Assembly: GCA_012862495.1 (NCBI GenBank)
Contig: BLSG01000291.1
Location: 176,168-210,911, forward strand
From: Thraustochytrium aureum
Lineage: Eukaryota
Direction of reading: 5' to 3'
Length of the DNA: 34,744 bases
A program made the position numbers and the translations under genes. The notes beneath the pieces are model-generated. The model did not search any database and had not been told where the DNA came from. It was given only the letters and a program-made list of their open reading frames with translations. Positions 1 through 11,935 of the stretch are shown here, piece after piece; the stretch's first letter is position 1, and every line of letters begins with the position of its first letter.

Positions 1-2
1 CG

Positions 3-575
3 TTTGCCTCGGATCTTGACGACGAGCAAGACCCAGAGGATGCCACAATGGCGCTCAACGGCGCCATCGCCATGTTGGCGGCGACTACGCTGCTGGTCGC
101 CTGGTGCTCCGAGCTCCTGGTAGACTCGCTCGAGCAAGTTTCCGAGTCGTGGGGCCTCAGCGAGGTCTTTATCGGCCTCATTCTCTTGCCCATCATCGGC
201 AACGCTGCAGAGCACGCCACAGCTATCACGGTCGCCATGAAAGGCAAGATGGACTTGGCGCTGGGGGTGGCGCTCGGCTCTTCGGTCCAGATTGCGCTTT
301 GTGTCGTCCCAGCCCTTTGCCTGGTCGGCTGGGCGCTCGACAAACCGCTCACCCTCGACTTTCACCCCTTTGAGACAATCGTGTTGGTGGTGAGCGTCCT
401 GGTTGTGACATCCACCGTGCGCCAAGGCACGAGCACGTGGCTGGAAGGCATCATGCTCATCATTTCGTACTTTATTATCGGAATCGCCTACTTTTACCGC
501 AAGGAGCCGCCCGCGTCGTCGGTTGCGTTTTCGCCAACGTGCGTCTGCGGAGAGCCGTGTTGTTACGCCGAGTAG
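3..575 (+). CDS. CAX: Ca2+/H+ exchanger (CAX/VCX1 family), C-terminal half; 5' part lies before the window
   Basis: Frame is open from position 3 (FASDLDDEQDPEDATM, the acidic central loop). It has the alpha-2 signature IGLILLPIIGNAAEHATAI, then KMDLALGVALGSSVQIALCVVP, LDFHPFET and STWLEGIMLI. Stop TAG at 573-575. Confidence 0.95.
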   Translation, partial: FASDLDDEQDPEDATMALNGAIAMLAATTLLVAWCSELLVDSLEQVSESWGLSEVFIGLILLPIIGNAAEHATAITVAMKGKMDLALGVALGSSVQIALCVVPALCLVGWALDKPLTLDFHPFETIVLVVSVLVVTSTVRQGTSTWLEGIMLIISYFIIGIAYFYRKEPPASSVAFSPTCVCGEPCCYAE

Positions 576-857
576 CAGCAGGATTCAGCTGCCCTGGTTC
601 CCCTGGAACGAGCGCAACAATAGTGTGGCGCTGTAGCAGATGCGCTGCGGCGAGTGCGCGCTGTCGCACCGACAAGTTCTGGCTGTAGAATCAAACATGG
701 GCCCGGGATGGCGAGGGACGAAATTGGCATGGGGTGTTTCCTCAAGCGCGCGGGGGGCGTGCTCGGCGATGAGTCACCGACCTAAGTGCCTTTCGAGTCG
801 CAGGGGTCAATAACAAGCGCATCTTTGCCTTTCTTCATCGCAGTCCTTTGTCAAGGG

Positions 858-3800
858 TCAATTGGGCGGAGGCGAGGCGCTTTGCCTGCCTGCCTTGCTG
901 GTTCGGCGCTGCTCAAGCGCCTGGTCGATTAGTTGGAACGACTCGCGCACCATCACCGTCTGTCGCCTAAACTCCTCGCGGAACTGTCGCAACGCGGCTA
1001 GATCGCGCGGGCACGCTTGATCGTCGGCCAGCCCTTGATTGGGTGTCGCGAGAAGCGCAGCACTCGACCCACTCTCGCCAAACGCATTGTACAACCCGCT
1101 CAGGCGCTGCTCGCGCTCAACCTTATCTAGAGCTTGCAGTGGCAATCGAACCAGGGAGGCGCTATCCTCCGCCTCGTTGCTGTCCTTTCCATTGCGCTGC
1201 GCGAGCAGCGAAGCCGTCCGCGCTTTCGGTTTGCTAGACTCCTCTGCTGTCTCAAAAACGCTGTCGAGCTCTTGCAGCAGGTCCTTTTCCGTTGCCCTAT
1301 CCTCCACTTCGTCGGTGGGACTCTTTTCTTCGTCAACGCTTTGGATTTGCAACTCGGGACGAATGGCCACCCGCTCGCCTGGCGAGTTCGAGCTGTTTGC
1401 GCTGCCGCCGGAACGGCTCAATTTGATCCCGGCCCCCGCGTTGCCCTTTTTCGAGCGATCGAAGAGCGACTTGAAGCCGTCGTCTCGCTCCTTCTCAAGA
1501 AAGTCGACGCGGCTCGTCGGCGCATCGACAGCAGCACGCTCGGCCGTAGTCAGCGTTTCGCCGTTCGAGAGCCCGCGGCTCGCATCGTTGCTGAACACCT
1601 CGACCCCACCGATCGGCGCAATTTCCTGGTGAGCCCCCGCGCTCGTCGAGCTGTTCAAGGTCTGCGCGTCAGTTAGTTCAATTGCCTCGGCAAGCGAGCT
1701 GCGCCGTTGCTGCTCGATGCTTTGCTGGAACACTGCATGGAGGTCAAAGCCCTTCCTTGAAGTCGTCCGTTCAAGCGGGTTGTTCACGTGCGACTTGCTT
1801 CCTCCAAGAAAAAGGCCCAGCTCCGGCATGCTCAGCGAATACGCTGGGTTCGACTGCGCCAAGCAGAACAAGCTGTCGACCACAAACACGCGCGCTTTGC
1901 GTTCAGGATTGGTGACGACATACGCGTGCCGGTTTCCCATTTGTCCCAAGCGCGTGCGCTGCTGAACCCCGCGCTTCACGCAAAGAACGAGCACACCGTT
2001 CTTGGCTAGCTTGGCAAAGACCTCGCTGAACGGCAACGCTGACATTTGCTCGGTGGCATCGATCGAGAAAAAGCTGGAGTCGCTCAGTCTGCATCGCTCT
2101 GCGACGGCGTCGCGCACGTTGGCATCACCTGAACCGCCGTTGATCAGCAACTGCAGCACGCTGAGCAAGTTGTCATTGTAGCTGGTCTGCGCCATGAGCG
2201 CATCAAACATCGACGAGGATAGCACGCTGCCAGCTGCAAAGAGCGGCGAAACGGAGCTGTCCCCGAGCCCCTTTGCTGACGTCCTGTTCTGCAGCAAGCC
2301 GATGTTGGCGTGTCTCTGCAGCTCGCAATAGACTTGCACGTCGCGGTTCTCCCGCAAGACCGTGTTGTACAAGCAAATTGTGTCTGCGTCGATATCCCCG
2401 TTGATTGCCTCTTGGGANNNNNNNNNNNNNNNNNNNNNNNNNNNNNNNNNNNNNNNNNNNNNNNNNNNNNNNNNNNNNNNNNNNNNNNNNNNNNNNNNNN
2501 NNNNNNNNNNNNNNNNNNNNNNNNNNNNNNNNNNNNNNNNNNNNNNNNNNNNNNNNNNNNNNNNNNNNNNNNNNNNNNNNNNNNNNNNNNNNNNNNNNNN
2601 NNNNNNNNNNNNNNNNNNNNNNNNNNNNNNNNNNNNNNNNNNNNNNNNNNNNNNNNNNNNNNNNNNNNNNNNNNNNNNNNNNNNNNNNNNNNNNNNNNNN
2701 NNNNNNNNNNNNNNNNNNNNNNNNNNNATGACGATGGGGATTTGGCCTCCTTGGCTCCGCTCACGTAGAGGCATGACAAAGTCGCTGAGGTCGAGCCCAG
2801 GGGCGTTGATAATGACGTGCTGGCGCACGTCCGGGAACTCTGCAAGCAGCGACTCGCTCACTGTGACATCCCGCTGAAGGGTTGGCTTCGTGCGAAGCTG
2901 GTACTTTTTGTGCATCCTCGCAGAGCTCACGCCGTACAAGTTCCAGAGCTTGTCTGTCTTGTCTCGGCATCGCGCTGAGCCAGCGAGCGTGCGACTCTCC
3001 TCCGCATTAAAAGCATCTCTTTGGCGAAAGGCCAGAACTGCGTGCAACGCTGTGCTGGTTTCCGAGTGCTTGACCGGGTGAGGCGTTCGTGGGAGACTGG
3101 TGGCCGTTGCAATCCCTTGCGAACCACTGATTTCATTTTTGGTGCCGGTCGGTGACTCCGGGACGTGCAGGAAAAGTTCTTGCAGTCGCTTTCGGTGGCG
3201 CTTTGGGTTTGTCTTGGCGTGTTTGGGGGAACCTTGTTTTCCTGCAGAGATGAACAATCCATCTTCCCCTTCTACCCAACTGCCCGCATGCTCTTGCTCC
3301 AGGTCGCCCAGCTGAATCGAGAGCGCCGCTCGAGCGCGTCTCTGGGTCTCATCGCCGAGCCTCTTCGGGTTCCGAGCCGCGAACAAGTTGAGCTTTTGAG
3401 TCGTCCCCATGCGAATCTCACCCTTGGTTGTGCCCATGGCCCGAACCCGAGCATATCGCGATTCTGAAGCGTAGATGGCCGACCCGGCTACTTTGGGGCG
3501 CATGGTCGCCTTCGTGCCTGCAGGTGAGACGTTTGCAGCGTAGATGGATGATCCAGCAGTTTTCCGTTGAGCGGGTCCGCTCGTGGGATCCCAACGCTTG
3601 TTTTGTGCGTCTTCTTTGCCTCGAGCAGCACTAGCTTTGATGGGGCGAGCAAGCTGTTCTTGATGGCACGCGGAGCCCACCAAGGCGGCGCTTGGAGCCT
3701 GACAGCATCGTTGACTTGGTAGTACGCGCGATGCTCCCGGACAGGACCCCCCCCGTCAGCGGCCTGGCTGGGCTCGGGCGAGGGGCGGGTCCAACCGTCG

Positions 3801-6800
3801 ACGACAGCACGGGCTCTCCAGACTGCTTGCTGCCGACTTCAGCAGACACGTCTTGGCCGCTGCCGATCGCATCACTGTCCTTCCCGATAGCGCCTTTTAA
3901 CGTGTCGTCGCTCTGTTCTTCCACAAGAGCAGAGGCTGGCATTCCAGGGCTCAAACGAAGCGGTTCACTCGTCGACGTGATTTCGTCCTCCCCCAAGCTG
4001 GAGAGTTGCCCGAGCGAATCACGCTTGCGATCGCCGCTGGGTCCTACTATGTTTGTTGCGGCTCGGCTGCCGAGTTGTCGCCTCGAGCGAAGCATTATTG
4101 ACGAAACGAAAACTCGACTGCTCTTCCCCATGGCGCTGAGCCCGCCGCGCGCGGGCTTGCGTTCTAGCGGCGCCGCTCCAGGTTGCGGTGCAGGACTCCC
4201 GCATACTTTGGTCACCTCCGCCGTCGACATTCGACGCGCCATGGAAAGAATTTGGGCCTGCTGCTTGTCTTGCGCAATCACGAAGACGGCAACACGGAAG
4301 ACGGATGGGTTTGGCAGAACAAAGTCGGCGGGATTGAGGAATACCGACTCTTCTTCGTTGCCCGGCAGTCTGAGCGAAACTGCAAAAGGCGTCACTCCAG
4401 CTGCTTGGAAGACCGCGTTCGCAATGTCCGCGAACCGAAAGCCAATGAATGCTCCTCCAAGCGGTACCTTGTAAATCTCGTACGCGGCGCCACGGTTGTA
4501 CTCTTCCTCCCACGAGATTAGCTCGCTCTCCGCGTCGATTGAGGCCATGGGCAAAGTGCGCGAGGCAGCGGAGGGCTTGCTACTGGCGTCGCTCGAGCCA
4601 CCAGAGACCAGGAGGTTTTGCACAAACGTACTAAACCCTGGACACACGCACGACTTTGCAAAAATGTTGAGCTTGGCCTGCTCAGTGCAGAGAACGTGCA
4701 CGTGCTTGCGGATAGCAAAAGGCTGGTGCTCGAGCAGCATGTGGTAGAGCAGGCTTTTGCTCCTTGCCGTGAGTACCTTGACGTACAAGTCGAAGTCATG
4801 ATTCTGGAACTGGTACCGTGTTGAGCTTCTCGAGTCGTGGCCCTTTTTTGGCTTGTGCTCCAACAGAAGATCGCCGGCGCGCTTGGCGAGGATGTTGGAG
4901 CAAGTCAAGATCACCACCTGGTCATCCACAAAGGGCGCGCGGCTCAGACTGTCGTTCATGACGTAGATCTTTCTGGCGCGAAGCAAGCCCCCCCGTTCTA
5001 GCCCTCGCGAGTCCAGCGGGGACGCTCGCACAATCCTCAAGTAATGCGCACGCTGGCGATTCACCAAGCTCAAGCTCACCGCTACATTTGTGGCTTCGTT
5101 TCCAGAAACGATGACGACTTTGCCCGTTCGGTCAGATCCATGGTCTGCATGGAAGAGCTCGTCCAAGAACTTGAGGATTCCCGATTGCAGTGGTCCCGTG
5201 ACGAGAATCTGCCCTTGGGACCACCGCGCTTTCGCCGCTGCGGGCTGGGGCTGTCTGTCCGAGCCGGACTCCCCTGCCACGGGGGCGGCAAAGATATTGT
5301 TCGAGTGAATCGGAATCTGAATCATTGTCGCGAGAACCAGGGCCACGACCAGAACGCGCGCCAATTCACTCTGCACGATGTCCGCGGAGAACCCAACTGT
5401 CGAAACGCTGATGACCGAAAAGTACACGAGTTCCAGAAACGGCTGGCCTTCAAGGACAGTCAGCACCGCACTGAAAACAAACATGATCCCGAGAATCTCG
5501 ACTGCAAAGGCGAACACCAGCTTTGCCTGCTCGCTGGGAATCAAAAGCTCGAGTCGCCGTAGGTGAAAGATGCGCAAGACTGTCAAAACGCGCACGATGT
5601 CCATGGTGTTGGCCTCGGCGCAGAAGCCGCGAAAGGCCTTCTCTTCGGTGCAGTCCCCGGCGAGAAAAGCCCATTCGCTCACGAGCAGACCAACTACCGG
5701 CAGCGACACTGCAAAGTCAAGCACGCCTCGTAGGCTGAATAGGTAGCTCCAATCCCAGTTGTTTGCGACGCACAGCTGGTAGTACTCGACCGAGGAGTAG
5801 AGGCTCGTGAACACGTAGAGCCAATAGTACGTTTTCGAATACGCGACAACCTTTCCGGGAGGGAACGCGCGTGTTTCCCAAGACACGATGTCTTCTGTCA
5901 CGTACACCAAGAAGGACAATAAACCTACCAGACTGCCAACGAAAGCCGCTCGTCGTTTGGGATTTCCAAACGAAAGGGAAACCAAATGCAGCAGCCACGC
6001 CCTCCACGATGCTCGAGAATGGCGCGATATCGCGCCGGCGCCCTCTGCTGACAATGATTCTGAGCTTTGGCGCCGAACTAGCCGGATTGAAGCATTTGTG
6101 GCGTGTCGAATGAACTCTTTCAACGAGCCTTGTTGGCCGCTTTGACTCTTTGCCGCCTCGGTAATCCCGCGCAAGCTAGCTAGCTTGCGCGTCATCTTGT
6201 GCTCGACCAGGCAGCCGTCAGGACGTGCAGAGCGATCGCGCTGTTTGGCGTTTGCCGACCCGCCCGCGCTCTCAGACGAGTCTGCAAAGCGCGGACGAGC
6301 GGAACGAGCGAGCCTACCTTCGANNNNNNNNNNNNNNNNNNNNNNNNNNNNNNNNNNNNNNNNNNNNNNNNNNNNNNNNNNNNNNNNNNNNNNNNNNNNN
6401 NNNNNNNNNNNNNNNNNNNNNNNNNNNNNNNNNNNNNNNNNNNNNNNNNNNNNNNNNNNNNNNNNNNNNNNNNNNNNNNNNNNNNNNNNNNNNNNNNNNN
6501 NNNNNNNNNNNNNNNNNNNNNNNNNNNNNNNNNNNNNNNNNNNNNNNNNNNNNNNNNNNNNNNNNNNNNNNNNNNNNNNNNNNNNNNNNNNNNNNNNNNN
6601 NNNNNNNNNNNNNNNNNNNNNNNNNNNNNNNNNNNNNNNNNNNNNNNNNNNNNNNNNNNNNNNNNNNNNNNNNNNNNNNNNNNNNNNNNNNNNNNNNNNN
6701 NNNNNNNNNNNNNNNNNNNNNNNNNNNNNNNNNNNNNNNNNNNNNNNNNNNNNNNNNNNNNNNNNNNNNNNNNNNNNNNNNNNNNNNNNNNNNNNNNNNN

Positions 6801-6939
6801 NNNNNNNNNNNNNNNNNNNNNNNNNNNNNNNNNNNNNNNNNNNNNNNNNNNNNNNNNNNNNNNNNNNNNNTTGGAACGCGACCAGGAGCCAGAAAAGGGC
6901 GTCCACTTGCGCGAAGATCCGAGTCGCGCCACGTCGCAT
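858..6939 (-). CDS. Slo/BK-family potassium-channel-like protein (6TM plus RCK1 and RCK2), interrupted by two N-gaps and one frame break near 3631-3755
   Basis: S4-like IVRVLTVLRIFHLRRL; pore YFSVISVSTVGFSAD; RCK1 motifs ILVTG, KFLDELFHADH, FAKSCVCPGFSTFVQNL, WEEEYNRGAAYEIY; RCK2 motifs PLFAAGSVLSSSMFDALMAQTSYNDNLLSVLQLLINGG and YVVTNP. ORFs 3631-6975 and 858-3683 are two halves of one gene. The start (ATG 6939) is uncertain because it lies across the 6324-6870 gap. Confidence 0.88.
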
Positions 6940-7051
6940 TACACTTGCTGGAGAAAGCAGAGCTAGACCGGCCACGTGGGTGACGGATTAAGCCGCGAGC
7001 GTTGGCGGCTGAAATCTTCGGCGTGTATGGTTGCCTAGCACCGCTGGTGCC

Positions 7052-10000
7052 ATGGCGGACGGAGATGGCTCTGAGGCCTTCAAGCCGCCTGCGTTGAAAA
7101 CGATTGGGCGCGGCGCTACGTCGAAGCGCGCAATCATCCCCGCTTCGCCCGAAGTCGCCGGTAGCAGGTCAAACGAACCCCTCGATCGCACAGCGAGCAA
7201 AGCGCTTTTGCTGCCCGAGGTCGCCGCCGCGGATTACAGCAAGCCACCAGGCGTTCTCGAGCGGAGCGGGTCGTCGCGCAAAGACGTCGCAGCGGAAGAA
7301 GCGCGCGTGAACCGGGTCATAGCTGCCGGATCGCGCAAGCAGACTGCCCTTGTTCGAGCAGACACTTTGACACGAGAAAGCAAGCGCGTCGAGAAAGGCG
7401 GACGCCGTGACTCGGTGAGGCGGACTTCCGTTGTACGCAAGATTCAACCTTCGATTCGGCGGCGCGGGAAAATTATACTCACCCCCGCGGGACGGCGTGC
7501 AAGGCTTCGCGCGGGAGACAGTGGATTGCCCCTACAAGACTTTCAGCAGAAAGTGGCTGAAGCGCTGCAGAGCAACACGTTCCACACGAGCCTTGTTCAG
7601 CTCGGATCAGAGTATCGTGTGTCCTTCTCCGCACAATTTCTGGCTCTCGTTGCACAGTACGAAAGCGACCTTGGTTTGTACATAATAAAGGGCAAGCCCA
7701 AGCTGCGGCTGCCCAAGCTCGAGGAAGAGGAGCTCGCCGGGACGATGGACAAAGCCAACGCGCGCGTGGTCTTTCTTGGCAACTTTGACAAGCAAGCCGC
7801 GCTCGACCTCGACAGCGCAACGCAGCAAGAGCCGTTCTTGGAGGACGGCGAAGCGCTGGATGAGCTCTACTTTGAAACGAATTGCTTCCAACTTGAAGAA
7901 GGCTACCACGACCTCCTCACGAACGCTCTGAACTGGCGCGGAGTGGTGATTGCGAAGCGCGCCGCCGCTTCGCCAGAGACGCCGTCGCCAACAGTTTTGT
8001 TCATGGCAACCCTAGACACGCTCGAGAACACGGCCGCCCAGAAAGAGGAAGAGTTTGCTAAGCGGCGCGCCGAGCTGGAAGCCTTGGAGGCCAAGCTTGC
8101 CAGTGCCGACTCGTGGATTCCGGGACAGGGCTTGAAAAAGATCCGCAGGCTGCTTCGGCCAAAGCTGCGCTATTTCGATCGCGACGGGTCTGGGACGATC
8201 GAGTTTGATGAGTTCAAAGCCGTCACAGAGAACTTGGGCCTCTTCTTGACAGAGGCGCGTCTCCAGCGCATCTTTGCTGCGTGCGACCTCGACAGGAGCG
8301 GCACCGTCGACCTCGACGAGCTCCCACTCGCGCTGCACATCAACGACCAGCTGCGGAAGAAGGTGCGCGCTTCGCCGAGAGACGCATTCGAGCTGTTTGA
8401 CTATGACGGGTCCGGCGAGCTAAATGAGCATGAGTTTTTCGAGGTGCTGCAGACGCTGGCCCCGGCCCCCATGACGCGCGAAGAGGCGTCCGAGCTGTTT
8501 CACAAGCACGACACGGACGAGTCGGGTTTGATTGAATACGAGGAATTCCGCTCGATCTGGCTCGAGATTTGCGACGTGAAACGCGAGCTCATCCTGAGGC
8601 TGCGCGAGAGGGGCGGGGAGGCCGAGCTAGCGGAGGCGGCAGCGCTCGAGAAAAGGACCAAACCACTCTCGAAGAAGAAACTCGCTGGCGCGCGAGAGCG
8701 GCTGCTCGAGGTCTTGCAGGCCGAGGAGGACGAAGAGGAGGCCGAGTTCCAGGCCGCCTGCGAGCGCTGTTATCAGGACGCTCGCGAACTCCGGCTGGCC
8801 TACGACGTCAAGCGGCAGGAGGAGAATAAGGTTCGCAAGCGCGAGGCGCTTGCTGCGCGCGTCGCGGTTTCCAAGGCCGAGCGCGAGTTGAGGCAGCAAG
8901 CGCTCAAGGAGCAAAAGGAGCGCAAGAAACTGGAGGAGCGAGAGCAGGTGTTGCGCAGCAAGCTGGACAAAGAGCTCCGCTACCGCGAGGAGAAGGAGCG
9001 CACAGAGCGCAAGGCTGCACGCGAGCTCCGGCAAAGACAGGAGAAGGAGGCGCGCGCAAAGCGTGGGGACGACCGCCTCGAGATCCCTGAGATGGGCCTC
9101 CGACAGATCCCAGCAGAGCAGTACTCTGGCAAGGCGGCTCAGGACAAGCTTGCCCACCTCGTGGTTATGGACTTTTCCCGAAACAAGATTGAGGCTCTGC
9201 CCGAGCGCGGTTTCCTGTTCTGGTGCGGGTCGCTTCGGCGGCTCAACCTCGCACACAACAGGCTCACCAGTCTTCCAGCCGAAATCGAGGGCCTCGAGAA
9301 TGTTGAGCTGGTCAACCTGCTGCACAACCACCTACGGCGACTTCCGCCTGAAATAGGCTCGCTGGCCTCGCTCGCGTCCCTTAATATTGCCGAGAACGAG
9401 CTCCAAACGCTGCCGCCAGAGCTGGGCAAGCTGTCGACTTCGCTCGTCTGCCTCGTTGCGTACCGCAATTCGATCGCCGAGGTGCCCCCGGAGATTGGCA
9501 GCTGTGCCAATCTCGAGTCGCTCGACCTCTCTTTGAACGTTCTCAAGGAACTCCCGGACGAGCTGGGCCAGCTCGGCTCGCTCCGGCGGCTGGACGTCTC
9601 GTGGAACCATCTGCAGCGGTTCCCAAGCGGTATTGGCCGCCTGGGGGCCCTCGAGGTGTTGGAGATGTCGGGCAACGACCTGCGTCGGCTCCCTGACGCC
9701 CTCGAGGGGCTGCAAGGTCTCCAGGTTCTCAACTTGGGCCGCAACGACCTCATCGAGATCCCTCCTTCGATCGAGGGGCTGGTTTCTCTGCTGAGCATGG
9801 ACGTTTCCAAGAACCGCATCATGCGCCTGCCCCAGGAGTTTGGTCGCCTTCAGCGACTGCAATCCGTCAACTTGTCGAGCAACCGGCTGCGTTCGCTCCC
9901 GGCGGCTGTTGGCAAGATGCGCAGCCTGCTCTCCCTAAATGTGCAGGGCAACCAGCTGGCCAGCGTCCCTGAGGAGCTGGGCGCCGCGTCCAACTTGCAG

Positions 10001-11108
10001 TCGCTCAACATGTCGGAGAATCAAATCGCTGGTCGGCTTCCCGCCTCGCTGGGCTCGCTGAGGCAGCTTGTGCGCTGCGACTTTTGCGGCAACAACATCG
10101 AGAGCTTGCCTGCCTCCTTTGGCGCTTTGGTCTGCATGCGCTTTCTCAACTTGTCCCGGAATGCGATAACGGAGCTCCCGCGCTCCATCGGCTGCCTGCG
10201 CTCGCTGGAAGTGCTGCTCGTCTCGCGCAATCGGCTGCGGGACCTGCCCCCCGAGCTCGGCAACCTCGCAGACACGCTCAGGGAGCTCGATCTCAGCAGC
10301 AACATGATCGAGTGGCTTCCTGCAGAAATTGGCTCGCTCTCCAAGTTGGCCAAGCTCGACCTGCACCACAACCGGCTGCGCGCGGTCCCAGCAGAAGTCG
10401 GGCGTATCGTGCCGCACCTCGAGCAGTTCCGAGTGACGCACAATCCTCTGAGCGAGCTGCCGCCAAAATTTGCCAGCGATGTGCGCGCGGCCTCGCAGGC
10501 TGCCCTGGTGTGGTCGGGCTACTCTGACGGCCAAGTCGCAGACTGGCTCGTCGATATCGCCGACGTGTTTGATGCCTGCCGCGAGNNNNNNNNNNNNNNN
10601 NNNNNNNNNNNNNNNNNNNNNNNNNNNNNNNNNNNNNNNNNNNNNNNNNNNNNNNNNNNNNNNNNNNNNNNNNNNNNNNNNNNNNNNNNNNNNNNNNNNN
10701 NNNNNNNNNNNNNNNNNNNNNNNNNNNNNNNNCCGAGCCGAGATGGCGAAGCGCGTCAAGGAGGAGCACGAGGAGAACGAACGCAAGCTGGAGGAGGCCT
10801 ACGAGGTCTCGCGCCAGCGCCTCATTTACATCGAAGCGCGGGCTGAGGAGCGCGCGGAGCTCCTTGCAAAGGAGCGGCGGGCCAAGCTCCGAGCGCAAAT
10901 TGGAGAGGCGACCAAAGCGTGCCTGGTTCGGCAAGAACAGCAAGCGCGGCGGCGCGAGGCTGCGCGCGCTACGGAGCGGGCTAGGCAGCTCGCGGGCTGG
11001 CGAGACCAGTTCTGCCAAGAGCGGCGGCGCCACATCGAGCAGCTCAAGCGCCAGATCGACTTTGAGGACGAGGACCTCGAGGCAGAGCGCGCTGCGATGT
11101 ATTTTTGA
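7052..11108 (+). CDS. EF-hand (x4) / coiled-coil / leucine-rich repeat (~19-20 LRR) protein
   Basis: ATG at 7052 in gccATGg context. EF loops DRDGSGTIEFDE, DLDRSGTVDLDE, DYDGSGELNEHE, DTDESGLIEYEE (~8177-8545). E/K/R-rich coiled coil (~8700-9060), then ~23-aa LxxLxLxxNxLxxLPxxIG repeats (~9160-10465). After the 10586-10732 gap the coiled-coil C-terminus RAEMAKRVKEE...ERAAMYF ends at TGA 11106-11108. Confidence 0.9.
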
Positions 11109-11252
11109 ATGGTGGGACGCCACTATGGCGTTGATTGAGAATTTATTGTAGAGTGCGCGAGTGTGGTTTTCATTCGAGGAGTCGCGGGCAAAGCAACCTC
11201 GCGCGCCTGCCGCAACAAAATGGTACTAGAGTACTGAACAGTATACAAGCCG

Positions 11253-11935
11253 CTAATCCCAGTTGCAGGCCCGCGTCATCCAACGCCTCCTAGCGCGCGC
11301 GAGCGCCGCTGGCTCGCGGACCTCGACGCGCTTGAGAAGAGCCAGCGCCGCAGTGGCGGCCCACTTGACCTCTTTAAGCGAGCCTCGCGTCAGGGCACGG
11401 AACAGCGCGTCTGGTCGGAGGCGGACGAGCGTCTGCGCCTCGATGTCGTCCGAGGCAGCGCTTTGGCGCAAGCGGCCGCACCCCTCTGCGATAAAAAGGT
11501 GAATCATGCCGAACCCGCGGTTGACGTCGACGCGAAAGGAGCCAAGCGGCTCAATCTCGAGCGCCTCGCACTGCAGCTCCTCCCGCACCTCGCGCCTCGC
11601 CGCATCTCGAGGTGCCTCGCCCTGCTCCACGTAGCCACCGACAGGCGCGAGCGTGCTGCCCGCGACGCCGTACTTGGTCTGGTTGAACAGCAAGAAGTGG
11701 CCGCTGGTGTCGGCGACGAGCACGTTAACCGAGTCTGGGACCTCGACCCAGAGCCACTCGACAGCCTCGCCACCGCCAACAACGCGCTGACGCTCTTCGA
11801 CGCGAAGTCGACGGCCCTCGAACACCACCTTGGCAGCGACGGTACCCGCGTCCACCAGCGTGGCTCGAGTGCGAGCCCGACGTCACCTTCGCGCGGCCGC
11901 GTCCAGCTCGCGCCCTCGCGCCCCGCAGCCCAGCG
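11253..11935 (-). CDS. Nudix hydrolase (ADP-ribose pyrophosphatase-like); 5' end in gap, probable frame break near 11852
   Basis: Nudix box GGYVEQGEAPRDAARREVREELQC, preceded by WLWVEVPDSVNVLV and FNQTKYG. The listed ORF has no ATG start and an in-frame TGA at 11883-11885. The adjacent frame (...GLALEPRWW) joins DAGTV... if one G is added. Confidence 0.85.

Noticed and set aside
858..3683. Separate 941-aa gene
   Set aside because: It has a TTG start and contains only the linker and RCK2, so it is the C-terminal half of the channel gene.
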